Shown here: one piece after another, positions 59,283 to 64,000 of the stretch
Numbering within the stretch: the first letter of the stretch is position 1
Layout: each line of letters starts with the position of its first letter
Assembly (NCBI GenBank): GCA_009914755.4
Contig: CP068257.2
Coordinates: 44,448,001-44,512,000, forward strand
DNA from: the human T2T-CHM13v2.0 reference genome, Homo sapiens
DNA length: 64,000 nt
Direction of reading: 5' to 3'
Notes under the pieces: model-generated
What the model saw: only the letters and a program-made list of their open reading frames with translations
Database searches by the model: none
What the model was told of the DNA's origin: nothing
Program-made: the position numbers and the translations under genes

Positions 59283-59578
59283 ATGCACCGTGGCCTGGCG
59301 GCGAGCCCCCGGTCACCTTCCTCCGCACGGAAGAGGGGCCGGACGCCACCTTCCCCAGGACCATTCCCCTGATCCAACAGTTGCTAAACGCCACGGAGCT
59401 CACGCAGGACCCGGCCGCCTACTCCCAGCTGGTGGCCGTGCTGGTCTACACCGCCGAGCGGGCCAAGTTCGCCACCGGGGTAGAGCGGCAGGACTGGATG
59501 GAGCTGTTCATTGACACCTTTAAGCTGGTGCACAGGGACATCGTGGGGGACCCCGAGACCGCGCTGGCCCTCTGCTAA
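59283..59578 (+). CDS. COL6A2: COL6A2 alternative terminal exon (C2a isoform): (D)APWPGGEPPVTFLRTEEGPDATFPRTIPLIQQLLNATELTQDPAAYSQLVAVLVYTAERAKFATGVERQDWMELFIDTFKLVHRDIVGDPETALALC*
   Basis: Acceptor gctcccttgcag|atgcacc in phase with exon 27 (g + at = Asp); 296-nt ORF ending TAA at 59576-59578 inside the track's 220-aa ORF 58916-59578; matches what I recall of the alpha2(VI) C2a variant C-terminus. Confidence 0.75.
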
Positions 59579-61862
59579 AGCCCGGGCACCCGCCCAGCCG
59601 GGCTGGGCCCTCCCTGCCACACTAGCTTCCCAGGGCTGCCCCCGACAGGCTGGCTCTCAGTGGAGGCCAGAGATCTGGAATCGGGGTCAGCGGGGCTACA
59701 GTCCTTCCAGGGGCTCTGGGGCAGCTCCCAGCCTCTTCCCATGCTGGTGGCCACCGTGTCCCTTGCTGCGGCTGCATCTTCCAGTCTCTCCTCCGTCTTC
59801 CAGTGGCCGCTCTCTTTATAAGAACCCTGGTCATTGAATTTAAGGCCCACCCCAAGTCCAGAATGACCTCGCAAGACCCTTAACTCACTCCCGTCTGCAG
59901 AGTCCTTCTTTGCTGCATCAGGTCACCCTCACAGGCTCCAGGGTTTGGGTGTGGAAGTCTTTGGAGGCCCTTACTTAGCGGCCCAGCTGGGCTGCCGTGC
60001 GTCTGGGATGGGGCTGAGGGAGGGTGCTGCCCAGGTGCTGGAGGATGTTCCAGCACCAGGTTCCAGCGGAGCCTCGGAAACAGGCCCCAGAGGCTGGTGA
60101 GCCTCGCTGGGTGTGGGCACTAATCCCGTGCATGGTGACTCGTGGGCGCTCACGGCCCACCTGGTGGCAGGTGAAGGCTTCCGGTTGGGCAGCAGATAGT
60201 CCTGGGGGAAGCTGGCAGTCCTGGCACCATGACGTATCTGGGCTGGTGTCATGCACAGTAGGGCGAATGGCCACAGCTGCCTGCCAGCAGCCCTGATCCC
60301 GGGGTGTCTGCACCCTTCCAGCCCAACCTCTGGGTCTCCAAAAGCACAGTCGGGGGAGCATCCACCAGGCACAACCTCTGCGGTCCTCAGAGGACTGAGC
60401 AGAGAATCCCAGGGTCCACAATGTTGGGGAGCGGCAGGGATCACCATCCAAAGGGAGCGGCCCCCACGGCGAGCTGACCCCGACGTTCTGACTGCAGGAG
60501 CCCTCATCCAGGCTGGGCTCCTGCCGGGCACGGCTGTGACCATTTCTCAGGGCCAGGTTCTCGTCCCCACACCCACTGCACAGGGCAGGCCAGGCTGGTC
60601 TTCCCACTGTGGGGATGAAGGATCCTCCACAGGAGGAGGAGAGCAGAGTCCACAGACATCCCAACAGCCTCAGCCTCCCTGTGCCTGGCCGGCCCCCACA
60701 GCTTCCCCGTCTCCTCCAGGCCCCACAGACACTGATGAATGGACAGAGACCCCCAAAACCAGCTGCCCCTTGCATGTCTGTCTCCATATGTTTGGTGACA
60801 GCAGTGAAAATGTTATTAGTTTTGAGGGGGTTTGGGAAGCCCAGCGGTACCTGAGGAGTTTCTGGACATTTAAGCCGGTTCCTAGGTGTGGCCTTAACAG
60901 GGAGGCTGCCCTTCCTTTCACTGAATGAGCTGCGTCACTCATAAGCTCACTGAGGGAACCCCATCTGCCAGCTCGTGCGTGCTCAGACGACGTCCATGTC
61001 TCAAGCGTTCTGTGAAGGCTGCGGTGCAGCGTGAGGTCACCCTGCTGTGTTCAGAGCTTTGCTCACTGCCTGCGGGGCTGGACCGTTGCACCTCCAGGGC
61101 CCCCAGAAACCGAGTTTCGGGTCAGGGTCCTCTGTGTGCATTCCTGGGGGTCCATGTACCAGCTGTGACGACGTCCAGGGGTTGGGCTGAGAAGCAGACA
61201 CCCTTGGGGAAACTGGCTCTGTCCCTCCCCTCCCCCATCCCAGGAGCTGAGGTCTTGGTGAGGCCACAGGGCCAGGTCCACGCAAGGACTGTCCGTGTCC
61301 TGTCCTGTGGTCTCTGGCCCCACGTGACACCCACACGTGTGGTAGGCAGCCTGGCCTGGGTTGTGGCTATGGCCAGGCCCCCAAGCTGTCCCCGATGCCC
61401 AGGGCTGGTGACCACCCAGGCAGGTGGGGGCCCCACTTGGTAACAGAGTCATAGGGCAGAACCCACCTGGGCTGCCACAGAAGGTCTGGCTGCCCCTGTG
61501 CCCACTGCTCCCCACCATGGCCAATCAGAAGAGTCAGGGGCTCCTGGTCTTTCCGGGAGGGACGTGGCCCAGCCAGCTCTAGGTGTTCTGAGCAGCTCTG
61601 GGACCCAGCGATTGAGGGGTCAGGCTGGGGGTGTCAGAGCCAGGGTCCTCCTTAAGTACCTCCCACACTACACAGACAGTGGCCCTTTTGTGGGCAGCAA
61701 ATTCTTGAGCCATGAAAGGATGCTTTGGGCCCCTTCCCTCCCAGGAGGGCAGCCTGTGCAGGGATGGTGCTCAGCAGGTGGACAGGGCCTGGGGCCTGTG
61801 TCAGGGTCTCAGGCCTGGGAGCACCAGCAGAGGAGATGGCGGCTCCCAGCAGTGCCGCCTGA

Positions 61863-62639
<777 letters not shown>

Positions 62640-62940
62640 CGCCGCCGCCCGGGCCCCGCAGTCGAGGGTCGTGAGCCCACCCCGTCCATGGTGCGAAGCG
62701 GGCCCGGGTCCCACACGGCCAGCACCGCTGCTCACTCGGACGACGCCCTGGGCCTGCACCTCTCCAGCTCCTCCCACGGGGTCCCCGTAGCCCCGGCCCC
62801 CGCCCAGCCCCAGGTCTCCCCAGGCCCTCCGCAGGCTGCCCGGCCTCCCTCCCCCTGCAGCCATCCCAAGGCTCCTGACCTACCTGGCCCCTGAGCTCTG
62901 GAGCAAGCCCTGACCCAATAAAGGCTTTGAACCCATTGCG
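62640..62940 (+). other. COL6A2: COL6A2 3'UTR of terminal exon 28 (poly(A) site approx.)
   Basis: Follows stop codon; AATAAA at 62917-62922 followed by GT-rich downstream element. Confidence 0.8.
62917..62922 (+). other. COL6A2: Polyadenylation signal AATAAA
   Basis: tgacccAATAAAggctttgaacccattgcgtgcctgcttgcg. Confidence 0.8.
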
Positions 62941-63539
62941 TGCCTGCTTGCGAGCTTCTGTGCGCAGGAGAGACCTCAAAGGTGTCTTGTGGCCAGGAGG
63001 GAAACACTGCAGCTGTCGCTCGCCCACCAGGGTCAATGGCTCCCCCGGGCCCAGCCCTGACCTCCTAGGACATCAACTGCAGGTGCTGGCTGACCCCGCC
63101 TGTGCAGACCCCACAGCCTTGATCAGCAAACTCTCCCTCCAGCCCCAGCCAGGCCCAAAGTGCTCTAAGAAGTGTCACCATGGCTGAGGGTCTTCTGTGG
63201 GTGGACGCATGATTAACACTAGACGGGGAGACAGCAGGTGCTGAGCCTGTTGTGTTCTGTGTGGAGATCTCAGTGAGTTTTTGCTGTTCAGACCCCAGGG
63301 TCCTTCAGGCTCAGCTCAGGAGCCCCACAGTGAACCAGAGGCTCCACAGGCAGGTGCTGACCTGACAGGAGTGGGCTTGGTGGCCATCACAGGGCACCAC
63401 AGACACAGCTTGAACAACTACCAGTATCGGCCACAGGCCTGGAGGCATCAGCCGGGCCATGCTTCCTCTGGAGGGCTAGAGGAGGACTAGAGAAGGGCCT
63501 GCCCCGGCCTCTCCCCAGCATCCCAGGGTTCCTGATCTC

Positions 63540-64000
63540 CTGGATAAGGATACAAGTCACCACACTGGACTGGGGCTCAGCCTGCTCTAGAATACCTCAC
63601 CTAAGTCACACTGGACCAGGCTCAGCCTGCTCTAAGGTGAGCTTACCCGAGACACTGGACCAGAGATCAGCCTATCCTGGGATAAGCTCACCCGAGTCAC
63701 ACTGGACCAGGGCTCAGCCTATTCCGGGATGAGCTCACCCGAGTCACACTGGACCAGGGCTCAGCCTATTCCGGGATGAGCTCACCCGAGTCACACTGGA
63801 CCAGGGCTCAGCCTATTCCGGGATGAGCTCACCCGAGTCACACTGGACCAGGGCTCAGCCTATTCCGGGATGAGCTCACCCGAGTCACACTGGGCCAGGG
63901 CTCAGCCTATTCTAGGATGAGCTCACCCAAGTCACACTGGACCAAGGCTCAGCCTGCTCTAGAATACCTCACCTAAGTCACACTGGACCAGGGCTCAGCC
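63540..64000. repeat. ~47-bp-unit minisatellite (x~9+, runs off window end) downstream of COL6A2
   Basis: gctcacccgagtcacactggaccagggctcagcctattccgggatga repeated. Confidence 0.9.

Overview
This window is human genomic DNA carrying almost the whole COL6A2 gene (collagen VI alpha-2 chain, 21q22.3) on the + strand. Evidence for a human origin: abundant Alu, L1 and MaLR LTR repeats, GT-AG introns, CpG-island promoter. The first ~27 kb is repeat-dense intergenic sequence with no protein-coding gene I can support. It holds old L1 fragments, Alus, MaLR LTRs, a ~1.1-kb 60-bp-unit minisatellite, a ~1.3-kb (GGTGAT/GGTGGT)n array and a GC-rich block. At 27.3-29.1 kb there is a CpG island with a TATA box and GC boxes followed by non-coding COL6A2 exon 1. 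Intron 1 (~13.3 kb) is filled with L1 and Alu insertions. Coding exons 2-28 lie at 41.6-62.9 kb. Exon 2 encodes the signal peptide and exon 3 the N-terminal VWA domain. Exons 5-23 are short Gly-X-Y exons that sum exactly to the 335-residue triple helix. Exons 24-26 encode the C1 VWA domain and exon 28 the C2 VWA domain. Exon 28 ends at the FIRWIC stop and is followed by a 3'UTR with AATAAA. Inside the last 5.4-kb intron an alternative terminal exon (59283-59578) encodes the C2a C-terminus (…DAPWPGGEPPVTFLRTEEG…ALALC*). Several intronic minisatellites and microsatellites are present. Two of the minisatellites are built from copies of the adjacent exon's splice-donor junction. I see no evidence of a novel or undescribed system. 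The long ORFs in the six-frame track outside the COL6A2 exons are explained by tandem repeats, CpG-rich sequence or L1 ORF2 remnants. All coordinates of repeats are approximate (by eye). Exon boundaries were placed by matching the remembered COL6A2 protein sequence to GT/AG-flanked segments.
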